This document shows, piece after piece, positions 9,358-18,610 of a stretch of DNA of 64,000 bases (the first letter of the stretch is position 1; every line of letters starts with the position of its first letter). This stretch comes from an uncultured Gemmatimonadaceae bacterium (GTDB lineage: Bacteria; Latescibacterota; UBA2968; UBA8231): contig CAZPXM010000004.1 in NCBI GenBank assembly GCA_964591015.1, forward strand, positions 10,517 through 74,516. Reading direction: 5' to 3'. The position numbers and the translations under genes were made by a program. The notes under the pieces are model-generated. The model was not told the origin of the DNA and did no database searches. It worked only from the letters and a program-made list of their open reading frames with translations.

Positions 9358-11262
9358 TCACAGGACCTCTCTGGCGAGCAGCTGCACCTTGGTGACCAGC
9401 GGGCTCTGGTAGGTCAGGTACACCCAGTACGTGCCGGCGAACCTGGACATCAGTTCGCGGCGCGCGTTCGCCAGATTGCCGTCGTGCCGCGCCAGCGTCG
9501 CGGTGAACTGCGCGAACCTCTCCATGACCGCTGGTGCCAGAGGCAGACTGGCCAGCAGGGGGCCCGCTCCCGGCACCTGCAGGGCGTGCGCGGCGATCGC
9601 CGCCTCCTGATAGAGGACCGGCACCTCGGCGTACCCGTGCTGGCGCCAGTCGGCCAGCCGCGACACGAAGCTGCCCAGCTCGTGCGTCAGCAGGTAGCAG
9701 GTCAGCAGGTACTCGTACGCCATGCGGTTCGTGGGATCGTGGCGAAGCAGCAGCTCGAGGCTCTCGTGGGGCTCGCCCGGGATGATGCCGCCCGTGGGCA
9801 TCTGCCGGCGTTTCGCTGCCAGCACGCTGTGGCTCTGTGCCAGGGTGGTGTCGCTCAGCAGGGCCGCCAGCGCCGCGGCGCGCGTCCGGCACCAGGGATT
9901 CCGCGCCAGGACGTGCACGTACTTGCTGGCCAGCCGCCAGTCGCCCTTGATCAGCGCGGCGGTCGCCAGCCGTTCCAGGATGCGGGGTCCGAGCGGCTGC
10001 AGGGTCTGTGCTTCGCAGGCCCAGCGCTCCGCCGCCGATATGTAGCCCAGGTCATAGTACAGATCGCTGCTGGGCATCGCGGTCCGTCCGGTGGCGAACT
10101 TGTCGGGGAACACGCCGTCGATGCCCAGCAGCTGCGGATAGACCAGCAGGTCCTCGCCAAGGCGGCCGGTGTGCGCCAGCGCGCGGCACCAGAGCGCGCT
10201 GAGGATGGGGTCGAACTCCTTGGCGCCTCGCACCTGCGCGATGACCCGATCCCATTCGCCCCGAGCCGCGTGGTAGTCGGCCTGCGCCCGCCGCCGGGGC
10301 AGCGAGTCCAGCCGCGGCAGGACCAGGCCGGCTGCGGCTGCCGCCAGGAGCACGTAGCCGACCGCGAGCCGCAGACCCGCCGGCCATCTGCGCGCTCGAG
10401 CCACTGCCGCTGTCAGCCGCGGCACGCGGTCGGCAGGCGGCAGGGCGCCGACAGCTCTCGCTCCGCCTGCGGTGAGCGCTGCCGGCCAGGGCCGCCGCCC
10501 AGCGAGCGCGACCAGCGGCAGCCAGCCGCAAAGCAGCCACATCGCGCCGCCGGGACGATAGGTCAGGAAGTGCGGCAGGCGGGGGGCCAGCAGCCAGGCC
10601 GCGTCGCGCCAGTCCGTGAGGAAGAGCCAGCGATGCCCGCCGAGGACGGCTGCGCCCACGGCGGCCAGCGCTGCCAGAGCCCCCGCCCAGGAGCGAAGAC
10701 TCCTCGGCGAGCCCAGATCGCTGGCCCAGACCGCCGCCAGCCACATCCAGGCCGCCGCTCCTCCGGCGGCGTAGTACAGCGCCACCGCCAGCGCGACTGC
10801 GGCCAGCGCCGTGCCCGCTGGCCTGGCCAGCCTCCGCCCGCGGCAGCGGTAGAGCAGCAAAGCGGTGCCGGCCAGCAGCAGGCGGACGGCGATGGCCAGG
10901 GGAAACAGGTAGTCCAGTATCAGCGCGAGCAGCAGCACTGCGGGGGCGTGCAGCAGGATCAGGGCACCGGCGCCCGCTCGCTCAGACGGGTCGAGCAGCC
11001 CGGCGCCGATGCCCGCGAAGCAGGCACCCATGGCGGCGACCACGCCCGCGCCGGCCCAGTCGTTGCTGCCCAACAGGCCCAGGGGCAGGGCGATGTACTC
11101 CGCCAGCCCGCCGGGATAGCGCAGATACGGTAGGAGGAAGTCGCCACCGAGCAGCAAGGCGGTCTGTTGCACGTGGCAGTGCACCGAGGTGCGCGTCCAC
11201 GTCGCGGCCAGCGCGAAGGTTCCCAGCCACACCGGGGACCAGCGAAGCAGGAGACGCGGCAT
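9358..11262 (-). CDS. large polytopic membrane protein with C-terminal TPR-like soluble domain (hypothetical)
   Basis: 634 aa from MPRLLLRWSPVWLGTFALAATW. About 330 aa of consecutive hydrophobic helices (L/A/G/W-rich) are followed by a ~300-aa soluble domain. That domain has helical-repeat character (DYHAARGEWDRVIAQVRGAKEFDPILSALWCRALAHTGRL...). It is translationally adjacent to the PD40 gene (stop 9358, next start 9355). Confidence 0.55.
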   Translation of the reverse strand: MPRLLLRWSPVWLGTFALAATWTRTSVHCHVQQTALLLGGDFLLPYLRYPGGLAEYIALPLGLLGSNDWAGAGVVAAMGACFAGIGAGLLDPSERAGAGALILLHAPAVLLLALILDYLFPLAIAVRLLLAGTALLLYRCRGRRLARPAGTALAAVALAVALYYAAGGAAAWMWLAAVWASDLGSPRSLRSWAGALAALAAVGAAVLGGHRWLFLTDWRDAAWLLAPRLPHFLTYRPGGAMWLLCGWLPLVALAGRRPWPAALTAGGARAVGALPPADRVPRLTAAVARARRWPAGLRLAVGYVLLAAAAAGLVLPRLDSLPRRRAQADYHAARGEWDRVIAQVRGAKEFDPILSALWCRALAHTGRLGEDLLVYPQLLGIDGVFPDKFATGRTAMPSSDLYYDLGYISAAERWACEAQTLQPLGPRILERLATAALIKGDWRLASKYVHVLARNPWCRTRAAALAALLSDTTLAQSHSVLAAKRRQMPTGGIIPGEPHESLELLLRHDPTNRMAYEYLLTCYLLTHELGSFVSRLADWRQHGYAEVPVLYQEAAIAAHALQVPGAGPLLASLPLAPAVMERFAQFTATLARHDGNLANARRELMSRFAGTYWVYLTYQSPLVTKVQLLAREVL

Positions 11263-11534
11263 CGCTCGGCTCGCAGGGAGGGGACGGCACTCACGCCATA
11301 TGGGTCCGCGTGGACCGCAGGCATCGCGTGCCCTCGGAACCGGACGCGCAAGGCGGTCACCACGCGGGCGCGCCTGGTGCAGGGCTGAACTTCGGGGTTG
11401 GCAGGCCTCCGGGTCAACCCCCTGGGCGGCGGCTCGCTCATTCGGGCGCGGCTGACCGTGGGGGGCGCGGCGACTGGAAGGGGCGAGACGCGGGGTGTCC
11501 GCACCCGCCTGCGGTCCGGACACCCCCATGCGCA

Positions 11535-11610
11535 TGGTGGAGCAGACGGGATTCGAACCCGCGCCCTCAGGCTTGCAAAGCCCGCGCTCTCCCAGCTGAG
11601 CTACTGCCCC
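11535..11610 (-). tRNA. tRNA-Ala (anticodon TGC)
   Basis: Reverse complement reads GGGGCAGTAGCTCAGCTGGGAGAGCGCGGGCTTTGCAAGCCTGAGGGCGCGGGTTCGAATCCCGTCTGCTCCACCA. This is a canonical 76-nt cloverleaf with a GC acceptor stem, GTTCGAATC T-loop, encoded CCA and a CTTTGCAAG anticodon loop. Confidence 0.85.
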
Positions 11611-11858
11611 GAGCTCGGATCAGGCTCTTGACGCCGGCCGCGTGGGGGCCATCATCTCCTCGTCGGGCGCCGTGGTCGCCGCCCCTGGTGCCAGACGAGC
11701 GGTGCAGCGCGCCCGCATTCGTGCCCGTGCAGGCCACGCCGGCGGGCGCACGCGAACGGCGGCACAAGATAGCCGGTGCCTGCGGCGGCGTCAAACTGAG
11801 GCTGTCCGGCCCGGCCGAGCGCCGCGATGCGCTGAGCCCGGGTACCTGCGGGAGGCGT

Positions 11859-12269
11859 TCAGACCGCTGCTTCCTCGGGCTGGTCCTCCTCCTCCTCCAG
11901 CGTCTCCGCGTCACCCCGGGCCGCGTCCTTCTCCAGGATCTGGAGATGGCGCACGTGGATCTCGACCCGGGAATGGGGGTTGTCTTCCTCGTCGCGCCAG
12001 TTCGAGCTGCGCAGCCGGCCGGAGAGGAAGATCGGGACTCCCTTGTGGAGCCGTTGCGAGAACAGCTCGGCCGCCCGCTGCCAGAGCACGATGCTGAAGT
12101 AGGAGGTCTCCTCCTGCCAGGTGTCGTTGCGGTCGCGGTAGGGGCGATTCACCGCGATGCGGGCGCTGAGGCGGGAGAGGCCGTTGTCCATGATGCGGTA
12201 CTCGGGATCCTGGACGAGACGGCCGCTGAGCACGACCTGGTTGACCGCCGGCAAGCGTAGCTGCGTCAT
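11859..12269 (-). CDS. ssb: single-stranded DNA-binding protein (atypical C-terminal tail)
   Basis: 136 aa from MTQLRLPAVNQVVLSGRLVQDPEYR. It has an SSB OB-fold pattern (VxLxGRL..DPExR......A.F..A.....Y....W..A......L.KG..V...GRL). It has an acidic tail EEEEDQPEEAAV but lacks the canonical DIPF terminus. A strong RBS (GGAGGG) lies 7 nt upstream of the ATG at 12269. Confidence 0.75.
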   Translation of the reverse strand: MTQLRLPAVNQVVLSGRLVQDPEYRIMDNGLSRLSARIAVNRPYRDRNDTWQEETSYFSIVLWQRAAELFSQRLHKGVPIFLSGRLRSSNWRDEEDNPHSRVEIHVRHLQILEKDAARGDAETLEEEEDQPEEAAV

Positions 12270-12445
12270 TTGGCCCTCCATGGGGAGTTGGGGACTGTGG
12301 CTCGGGGCGACGACAGCCCTGCGCTTCGGCGGACCGGAGAGCACCATCCGTGCCATGGGCGGTGCTCGAGTTCGAACTGGTTCCGGGACAACCAAGTGAT
12401 GCCGATTACCTCGTTCTCTCCAGAGGGCCCCTCAGAGGTGCGAGT

Positions 12446-14047
12446 GTGAGCGAGCGGCCGCACGCGGCGGATAGGCGAGGTGACAGGCGCCGGCAGGCTC
12501 TGCGGCCTGCCCCACACCTGGCTCAGCACTTCACTCCCAGGCCAGTGGCCAGCTTCGTGTGGGCCGTCGCGCGGGAGCTGGTCGGGGGGAGCGAGCGGGC
12601 CGTGCGGGTCATCGATCCCGCTGCGGGTGCCGGTGTGTTCCTGGAGGTCGTCCGAGACGATGGCGGAGCGCTGCGGCACGTGGTCCGCGGGATCGAGGTT
12701 GACCGCCGGCTCGCGGAGCTGATGCCGCCGTGGGCAGCGGCCTGCGTGGAGTGGGGCGACGGGCTGCTCGATCGTTTCGACCAGGTGCAGGAAGGCAGCT
12801 TCGACGTGGTGGTCGGCAACCCTCCCTTCGGCCGCTTGCGGCACCTGCATCCGTGGGCTCACGATGCCGCTCGGTGGCTCCGGTACAGCATCTGGCAGCG
12901 GCAGACCGGGCGGTCTCGGCAGGCGCGGGTGGTGTCGCCGGCTGCCTGCCCCATCGAGCTCCTGTTCGTCGAGAGAGCACTGCAGCTCGTGGCCCCCGGG
13001 GGGATCGTCGGGCTGATCATGCCCAACGGTTTTCTGGCCAACGCTCGTCTCCAGTGGGCGCGCGACTGGATCGTCCGGCAAGCCTGCGTGCGCGCGGTCG
13101 TGAGTCTGCCGCCGGCCGCCTTCCGGGGCCCTGGGGTCAATGCCTGGGCTGCGGCCGTGTTCATCGAGCGGCCGATTCCAGGCGGTGGCCAGCCACGGCC
13201 GGCACGGCTGGTCGACGCCTCGGCGTCCAGCCTGGTCGACGCTGCCTGGGCCGAACTCGCGGCCGCGGTGGTGCTGGGCAGGGCCGCGCCCGAGGCGTGT
13301 CCCGCCACGGATCTGGGCGCGGAATCCCTGGCCGGCCGCCGCTGGGACCCGGGCTACTGGGTTGGCTGCTCTGGCGGCGTTGGCGGGCCGTCTCCATGGC
13401 GGTGGCTGACCCTTGGCGACCACATTCGCCACCTGACGTACGGGCCGATCGTCACGGGGCGCCGGCCCGAACGTGTGGAAGGCGGCATCCCGGTGATTCG
13501 TCAGGGCGATCTGCTCGCATCGGGTGTCCACCTCGGGCAGGACGCGACGAGGGTCGCTCCTGACAGCGTCTACGACCCCGAGCACAGCCGCGTGCAGGCG
13601 GGCGATCTGCTCCTGGCGCGGTCCGGCCTCGGCGCGCTGGGCAGAGCCAGGATGGGCGTGTGGGTCGACGGCGAGCGGGCGAACGTGACGTGCTTCGTCG
13701 ACGTGATCAGGCTGTCCGGGCTCAACCCTTTCTACGTCTGGTGCTACCTCCAGACGGAAGCGGGCCGGCAGCAGCTGCGCCGCCTCAGCAGCGGTGTGGG
13801 AACGCCGAACATCAGCTTCGGAGAGATCCGCTCCCTGCTCATTCCGGCGCTCGCGCGCGACCAGCAGGAGGCGGTGGAGCGGCGCTACCGCACCGAAGTG
13901 TTGCCGCTGCACCGCCGGCGATCAGCCTCGCCCGCAGCGGGCCGGGTCGCAGACAGCCGCTTTCGCTCGCTGGTCCTCTGGGTCGGCGAGATGGTGGGCA
14001 GCGGCGGCGCTGGCCAGGCTGGAGAGGCATCGCCGCCTGCGTGCTGA
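12446..14047 (+). CDS. N6-adenine DNA methyltransferase fused to an HsdS-type target recognition domain (solitary M.S fusion)
   Basis: HFTPRPVASFV (Eco57I/HsdM-type motif X), motif I VIDPAAGAGVFL and motif IV DVVVGNPPFG. The C-terminus (from WRWLTLGDHIRHLTYGP... to NPFYVWCYLQTEAGRQQLRRLSSGVGTPNISFGEIRSLLIPALARDQQEAV) is one type I specificity-subunit TRD. The start is uncertain: GTG at 12446 has AGAGG 7 nt upstream, and GTG at 12350 is also possible. No restriction endonuclease or HsdR gene is adjacent. Confidence 0.75.
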   Translation: MSERPHAADRRGDRRRQALRPAPHLAQHFTPRPVASFVWAVARELVGGSERAVRVIDPAAGAGVFLEVVRDDGGALRHVVRGIEVDRRLAELMPPWAAACVEWGDGLLDRFDQVQEGSFDVVVGNPPFGRLRHLHPWAHDAARWLRYSIWQRQTGRSRQARVVSPAACPIELLFVERALQLVAPGGIVGLIMPNGFLANARLQWARDWIVRQACVRAVVSLPPAAFRGPGVNAWAAAVFIERPIPGGGQPRPARLVDASASSLVDAAWAELAAAVVLGRAAPEACPATDLGAESLAGRRWDPGYWVGCSGGVGGPSPWRWLTLGDHIRHLTYGPIVTGRRPERVEGGIPVIRQGDLLASGVHLGQDATRVAPDSVYDPEHSRVQAGDLLLARSGLGALGRARMGVWVDGERANVTCFVDVIRLSGLNPFYVWCYLQTEAGRQQLRRLSSGVGTPNISFGEIRSLLIPALARDQQEAVERRYRTEVLPLHRRRSASPAAGRVADSRFRSLVLWVGEMVGSGGAGQAGEASPPAC

Positions 14048-14092
14048 GCTCCGGTCACATCGCCGCCGTTGGCGGGCGATCGCCGGGACCGG

Positions 14093-16678
14093 TCAGCGCA
14101 GCAGGACGCCCCTGCGGACGGCGCGCAGGCCGCCGGCGCGCAGGCTGAACAGGTAGACGCCTGCGGCCAGCTCGGCACCACTGCTGTCGCGCCCGTCCCA
14201 CTCGGCCGTGTAGAAGCCCTGCGGCAAGGTCGCAGCGACCAGCACCCGCACCCGCTGGCCCGCCACGTTGTAGACCTCCAACAGGACCGGCGCCGCCCTG
14301 TCCTCCAGCGCGGGGATGCCGTACTCCAGCCGCGTCGAGCTGTTGAACGGGTTGGGGCAGGGCGGCAGGAGCACGGGTCGAGTGGGGAGGGCCCGCGGGT
14401 CGGTGCCGCCTGGCTCGGGCGCCGGCCGCGCCAGGCCGACCGCGATGCCCCGCGGTCCCGGGCCGCAGGTCACGGTGGTCTGCACCGTATCGGCGCCGGC
14501 GTCGATCACCGCGATGCGGTCGGCAGCCGCGCAGGTGACGAACAACCGGTCCCCATCGGGAGAGAACGCCAGCCCCCGCGGGTCGGCACCGACGCCCACC
14601 GCCGCTGTCACCGACCGCGTGGCCGCATCGATCACCAGCACCTGCGCGTCGTTCTGGGCGGTCACGTACAGCTTGCCTGCGGTGGGGTGCACCGCTGCGG
14701 CGAAGGTGCCGGAGACCGGCACCGTCGCTGTCCCGGCGACCGCGTCCTGGCGGAGATCCAGTTCGGTGATCTGGCCCGATGCGAGGCTCGTCACGTACGC
14801 CCGGTCATGGCCCGGGTCGAGGGCGATGCTTCGCGGCAGGGCCGGCACCGGTATGCTGCGCACGACACCGCTCCTGCGGTCCATCGCGATCACCAGGTCG
14901 CGGCTGATATCGGTGAGGTAGACCGCCCGCGCGGCGGCCGCGATCCCGTACGGCCCGTCGGTCGCGGTGGGCACTGCCAGGGACGTCACGGTGCCGTCGT
15001 GCAGATCGACCGCGGCGACAGCGCCGGCGCTGGGGCAGGTGACGAAGAGGAGATCCCGGGCTGGAGACAGCGCCAGGTCGAGCGGGCCCGCGGGCGTGGC
15101 GAAGCTGCCGACCGCCTGGAAGGTGCCGGTGTCGATCACGCCGATCTCGCCGGCACCCATGCTGGCGACGTACAGCCGGCCGCCCTGCTCGTCGAGGGCG
15201 ACCTGGATGGGCTCGCGTGGCGTCTGGATACGCGCGATCTCGCTCATCGGCCCCGTGTCGAGAACCGCCACCACATCGGCGCCGCGCAGGGCGACGAAGG
15301 CCAGGGGTGCGCCGGAGAGCTCGATCACCGCGAAGGCGTACCACTCCTCCTCGGGCGGCAGGTAGGCGATCTCGCCCGTCGGCCCCTGCAGCTCGTACCG
15401 GTACTCGATGCGCGTGCCGCGCGCCTGACCGGGGAGGGCACCTGCGAAGGCGTTGGCGCCGGTAGCGGTCAACGAGATGCGTGTGGCTGGTGGGCGCCCT
15501 GCGAGGCGGTACTGGAGCGCGGCGCCGGCGATCCGTGCGCCCCGCAGGACCACCGGGTAGGGGCCCATCGGGTCCGGGGTGTTCGGGAGGACGGTGGCGA
15601 ACTCCACCTGCGGGGCGTCGGCCGCAGCGCTGCCGCCGGCGACGAAATCGATCCCCGCGAGGGCCTGACCGGCGCTGATCTCGAGTTGGGTGGCCCGGCC
15701 CGCGTCCGTGACGTCGTCGTACCACTCCGGATCGAAATCGGTGCAGAATCCGGCGAAGATGCCGCCGAAGTTCTCCTCGGTGATCCGGCCCGAGATCGGG
15801 CTCACGGACAGCGCATAGGTCCCCGGCGGCAGACCGCGCACCGTGTAGCGGCCGGTCCCGCTCGCCTCCGGATCCGAGCCGGAGACCGTGCTGATGCGGA
15901 CTCCGGTGGTGCGCTCGAGCGCGACCACGTGCGCCCCGAAGATGGCGCTGCCATCCGGTCGGGTCACCCGGCCGCCGATCGTGCCCGTCTGGGCCGCGAA
16001 CGCCGGCGTCGGGTAGAGGTGGCTGATGCCAGCCACGTCGTCGGCCTCCAGACTCAATGCCTCGCCGGGGCCGTCGTTCCGGTTGAAGGGGTTCATGGTG
16101 GGACGGGTGGCGGCAGGCCCATCCAGGGGCGTGTGCTCCAGGCCGAGCAAGTGCCCGATCTCGTGCACCGCGACATCCGGCAGGTACACGGTGCGTGCGT
16201 CCACGGGACCGCCGAGGACGAACGAGAAGTCGCGCGCGTTGAAGATGATGTCCGCGTCCAGGATGGCACCGGCTGGCTCGCCGGCGACGACTCTGGTCAG
16301 CGCGATCACGCCGGACTCGGGCGGCGCCTGCAGGTGGCTGCCCGTCCGGTCGAAGTAGAGCAGGTTGATCCGGTCCCGCTCGTCGGGGACGCGGGTGTAG
16401 CTGATGCCGCGGTCGACGAAGGCGGCCTGCGAGGTCGCCACGTCCTCCCAGACCGCGAAGCACGCGCGCAGGGCCACATACGTGCTCTCCGGCGACAGGC
16501 CTGGCGGCGCCGCGTGGTGCAGTTGGTAGCCGATCTGGTCCGCCCTGAGCCAGTGCGCCTGCACGGGCCCGGCGTTGCCTGCGAAGGTCTGGACGAGGAA
16601 GGCGCTGGCAGGGGTCGCCAGCAGCGCGACGAGAACCGCAGCCGACCCGGCGGCATGGCGCGATGGCTGCCGTCTCAT
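14093..16678 (-). CDS. secreted metzincin zinc metalloprotease with beta-propeller repeats and T9SS-type C-terminal sorting domain
   Basis: 861-aa ORF with signal peptide MRRQPSRHAAGSAAVLVALLATPASA and metzincin zinc site HEIGHLLGLEH. It has a CarbopepD_reg-like segment (TGTIGGRVTRPDGSAIFGAHV) and many YVTN-type repeats (RLYVAS, KLYVTAQ, RLFVTC). The C-terminal ~80 aa (PNPFNSSTRLEYGIP...GVYLFSLRAGG) matches the Por/T9SS sorting domain. Confidence 0.8.
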   Translation of the reverse strand: MRRQPSRHAAGSAAVLVALLATPASAFLVQTFAGNAGPVQAHWLRADQIGYQLHHAAPPGLSPESTYVALRACFAVWEDVATSQAAFVDRGISYTRVPDERDRINLLYFDRTGSHLQAPPESGVIALTRVVAGEPAGAILDADIIFNARDFSFVLGGPVDARTVYLPDVAVHEIGHLLGLEHTPLDGPAATRPTMNPFNRNDGPGEALSLEADDVAGISHLYPTPAFAAQTGTIGGRVTRPDGSAIFGAHVVALERTTGVRISTVSGSDPEASGTGRYTVRGLPPGTYALSVSPISGRITEENFGGIFAGFCTDFDPEWYDDVTDAGRATQLEISAGQALAGIDFVAGGSAAADAPQVEFATVLPNTPDPMGPYPVVLRGARIAGAALQYRLAGRPPATRISLTATGANAFAGALPGQARGTRIEYRYELQGPTGEIAYLPPEEEWYAFAVIELSGAPLAFVALRGADVVAVLDTGPMSEIARIQTPREPIQVALDEQGGRLYVASMGAGEIGVIDTGTFQAVGSFATPAGPLDLALSPARDLLFVTCPSAGAVAAVDLHDGTVTSLAVPTATDGPYGIAAAARAVYLTDISRDLVIAMDRRSGVVRSIPVPALPRSIALDPGHDRAYVTSLASGQITELDLRQDAVAGTATVPVSGTFAAAVHPTAGKLYVTAQNDAQVLVIDAATRSVTAAVGVGADPRGLAFSPDGDRLFVTCAAADRIAVIDAGADTVQTTVTCGPGPRGIAVGLARPAPEPGGTDPRALPTRPVLLPPCPNPFNSSTRLEYGIPALEDRAAPVLLEVYNVAGQRVRVLVAATLPQGFYTAEWDGRDSSGAELAAGVYLFSLRAGGLRAVRRGVLLR

Positions 16679-17265
16679 CGAGCCCTCGGCGCCGGCGTGG
16701 GCGACCCGGCCAGAGTGCGCACCGCCTGCAGGAAATCGTCGAGAGCCGCGGACGGCTGCCCGGCCGCCCCGGCCGTCTTGGCTGCGTTCGGGTCCACCAG
16801 GTGCAGCCCGTCGAGCAACTGCCGCACGCGGCTGATGCCTGACTCAGGGTCCCGGAGGATGCGGAAGCACCCCTGCCCGAGCCCCATGGGCCAGGGGTAA
16901 CCCGTGGCGTCGGGACGGCTGAGGAAGACCACGGCCTCCTCGCCGACGGCGAAGCGAGGCATGCCTCCGTACGTGGCGCGCGCGCCGGCGCGAGAGTCGG
17001 CCAGGCGACCGCCCGGCAGATGGCAGCGGGCGAGTGCGGCGGGCGCGCCCTTCAGCGTCTCGGCGACGCGGAAGCAGTAGAGCTGGTAGGGCTTCCCGTC
17101 GATCGTCTGCTCGGCAACGGCCGTGCACGTGCCCACGAAGATCGACTGGGCGCGCCCGACCAGCTCCGGCAGGGAAAGGCGCTCCACCGTCGTCGCCTGC
17201 GCGGTGGCGACCGTCATTGCCAGGGCCGCGAGCGCCGGCGCCGAGCGCAGTCTCGATGGCAACAT
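16675..17265 (-). CDS. small secreted hypothetical protein, translationally coupled to the metalloprotease
   Basis: 196 aa from MLPSRLRSAPALAALAMTVATAQA (signal peptide). Its stop overlaps the metalloprotease start by 4 nt (ATGA). The N-terminal 280 aa of track ORF 16675..18117 are P/S/T/R-rich junk and were excluded. Confidence 0.45.
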   Translation of the reverse strand: MLPSRLRSAPALAALAMTVATAQATTVERLSLPELVGRAQSIFVGTCTAVAEQTIDGKPYQLYCFRVAETLKGAPAALARCHLPGGRLADSRAGARATYGGMPRFAVGEEAVVFLSRPDATGYPWPMGLGQGCFRILRDPESGISRVRQLLDGLHLVDPNAAKTAGAAGQPSAALDDFLQAVRTLAGSPTPAPRAR

Positions 17266-17509
17266 CGTCCTCGTCCTCGATCGGGTGCGTCCGCGCCTGG
17301 GTTGGGCCCGCAGGCGGCCGCAGCCGGCGGCGGCGGCGAGCCCCCCAGCCCCGGCCGCGGCGCGACGGCGGCCGCTCGCCGCCGCATTGGCGCGCGGCTC
17401 GGTCCGCGCGGCCCCTGTCAGACGCGCGGGCCCCGCCGGCGGTTGCACCTCGCCGCCGCAGGCGGGAGAGGTGGCAACCGGCAGCGGGGAAGCCGATACG
17501 GGGCGCCGG

Positions 17510-18610
17510 CTATGACTCCATGGCCTCGACGACCAGGTCATGGAACCCGGGCCGGAACTGCAGGAAGGCGGCGTTGTCGCGGCTGGGGTGGATCCTGTTC
17601 GCCAGCAGCACGACCACTCGCCGGGCCTCCGGATCGATCCATACCGAAGTCCCGGTGAATCCCGTGTGTCCGAAGGAAGCCGGGGAGAAGCGGCTCCCGC
17701 ACGAGGCGCCTGCCGTGGCCGTTCCCCAGCCGAGCGCTCGGTCGGAGCCCGGCACCTCGTCGTGACGTCGCACGAACTGGCGCACCGTGTCCCTGCCGAC
17801 GAACTCGCTGGCGCCGCTCCAGGCCGACAGCAGCGTGCTGGCGAGGCGGAGCACGTCGGTGGCTGTGGCGAACAGCCCGGCGTGACCGGCGACGCCGAGG
17901 AGCAGGTACGCGTTCTCGTCGTGCACCCAGCCGCGGACGATCTCGCCACGCCAGCTGCACGCCTCGGTGGCGGCGAAGGCCTCGGGGGGGCGGCAGGCCT
18001 TGGCCAGCGGCTCTTCGAGGTGCCGGTAGAAAGTGTCGCGCAGTCCCAGCGGCTGGGCCACCTCCCGCTCGAAGAGATGGTCGAGGCGGCAGCCGGAGAT
18101 CCGTTCGAGCAAGGCACCGAGCAGCATCATGCCCACGTCGCTGTAGCGGCACTCGGTTCCCGGCTCGTACGCCAGCTCGGCTCTGCCGATGGCCTGCAGC
18201 ACCCGCTCGCGCCTCGCCCGGCCGTCCGGTACCCGTGGCGGCTCGCCCTTGTAGTAGGTGATCGAGGGAGGGAAACCTGCCGCGTGAAGCAGCAACAGGC
18301 GCGGCGTGAGCTGGCCAACCCGGCCGCCGACCAGGCCGGCGTCGAGGCGAGCCAGCGGCGCGTCGAGGTCCAGCAGCCCGCGCTGCACCAGCAGCATGCA
18401 GAGGGTCGTGGTGGCCAGGACCTTGGTGAGCGAGGCGAGATCGAACAGCGTGTCCACCAGCATCGGCTCCTGGCGCGGTGCCAGGGCGCGCCAACCTGCC
18501 GCCAATACGTGCGGGTCGCCGTCCTCCTGTAGTGCAGCCACGACCATCCCTGGCGCGATGCCCTGCTCCACCGCCTGGTGCATCGCCTCTGCTACAACCT
18601 GACTGTCCAT
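17510..18610 (-). CDS. beta-lactamase-family serine hydrolase (class C / PBP-like esterase)
   Basis: 366 aa from MDSQVVAEAMHQAVEQG. SxxK active site LASLTKV and a YxN-like region; beta-lactamase/transpeptidase fold pattern. Confidence 0.75.
   Translation of the reverse strand: MDSQVVAEAMHQAVEQGIAPGMVVAALQEDGDPHVLAAGWRALAPRQEPMLVDTLFDLASLTKVLATTTLCMLLVQRGLLDLDAPLARLDAGLVGGRVGQLTPRLLLLHAAGFPPSITYYKGEPPRVPDGRARRERVLQAIGRAELAYEPGTECRYSDVGMMLLGALLERISGCRLDHLFEREVAQPLGLRDTFYRHLEEPLAKACRPPEAFAATEACSWRGEIVRGWVHDENAYLLLGVAGHAGLFATATDVLRLASTLLSAWSGASEFVGRDTVRQFVRRHDEVPGSDRALGWGTATAGASCGSRFSPASFGHTGFTGTSVWIDPEARRVVVLLANRIHPSRDNAAFLQFRPGFHDLVVEAMES

Noticed and set aside
11611-11858. Possible att site or integrase remnant between tRNA-Ala and ssb
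   Set aside because: No integrase-like ORF and no direct repeat of the tRNA 3' end detectable by eye. The mobile-element idea is kept only as a hypothesis in findings.
14069-16900. 943-aa plus-strand ORF opposite the metalloprotease
   Set aside because: Antisense shadow. The minus-strand frame has signal peptide, HExxH and T9SS CTD.
17440-17495. Imperfect inverted repeat GGTTGCACCTC...GAGGTGGCAACC downstream of the beta-lactamase-like gene as a terminator
   Set aside because: The stem is imperfect and there is no T-tract on the transcribed strand. Intrinsic terminators are hard to call in 70% GC DNA, so it is not reported as a feature.
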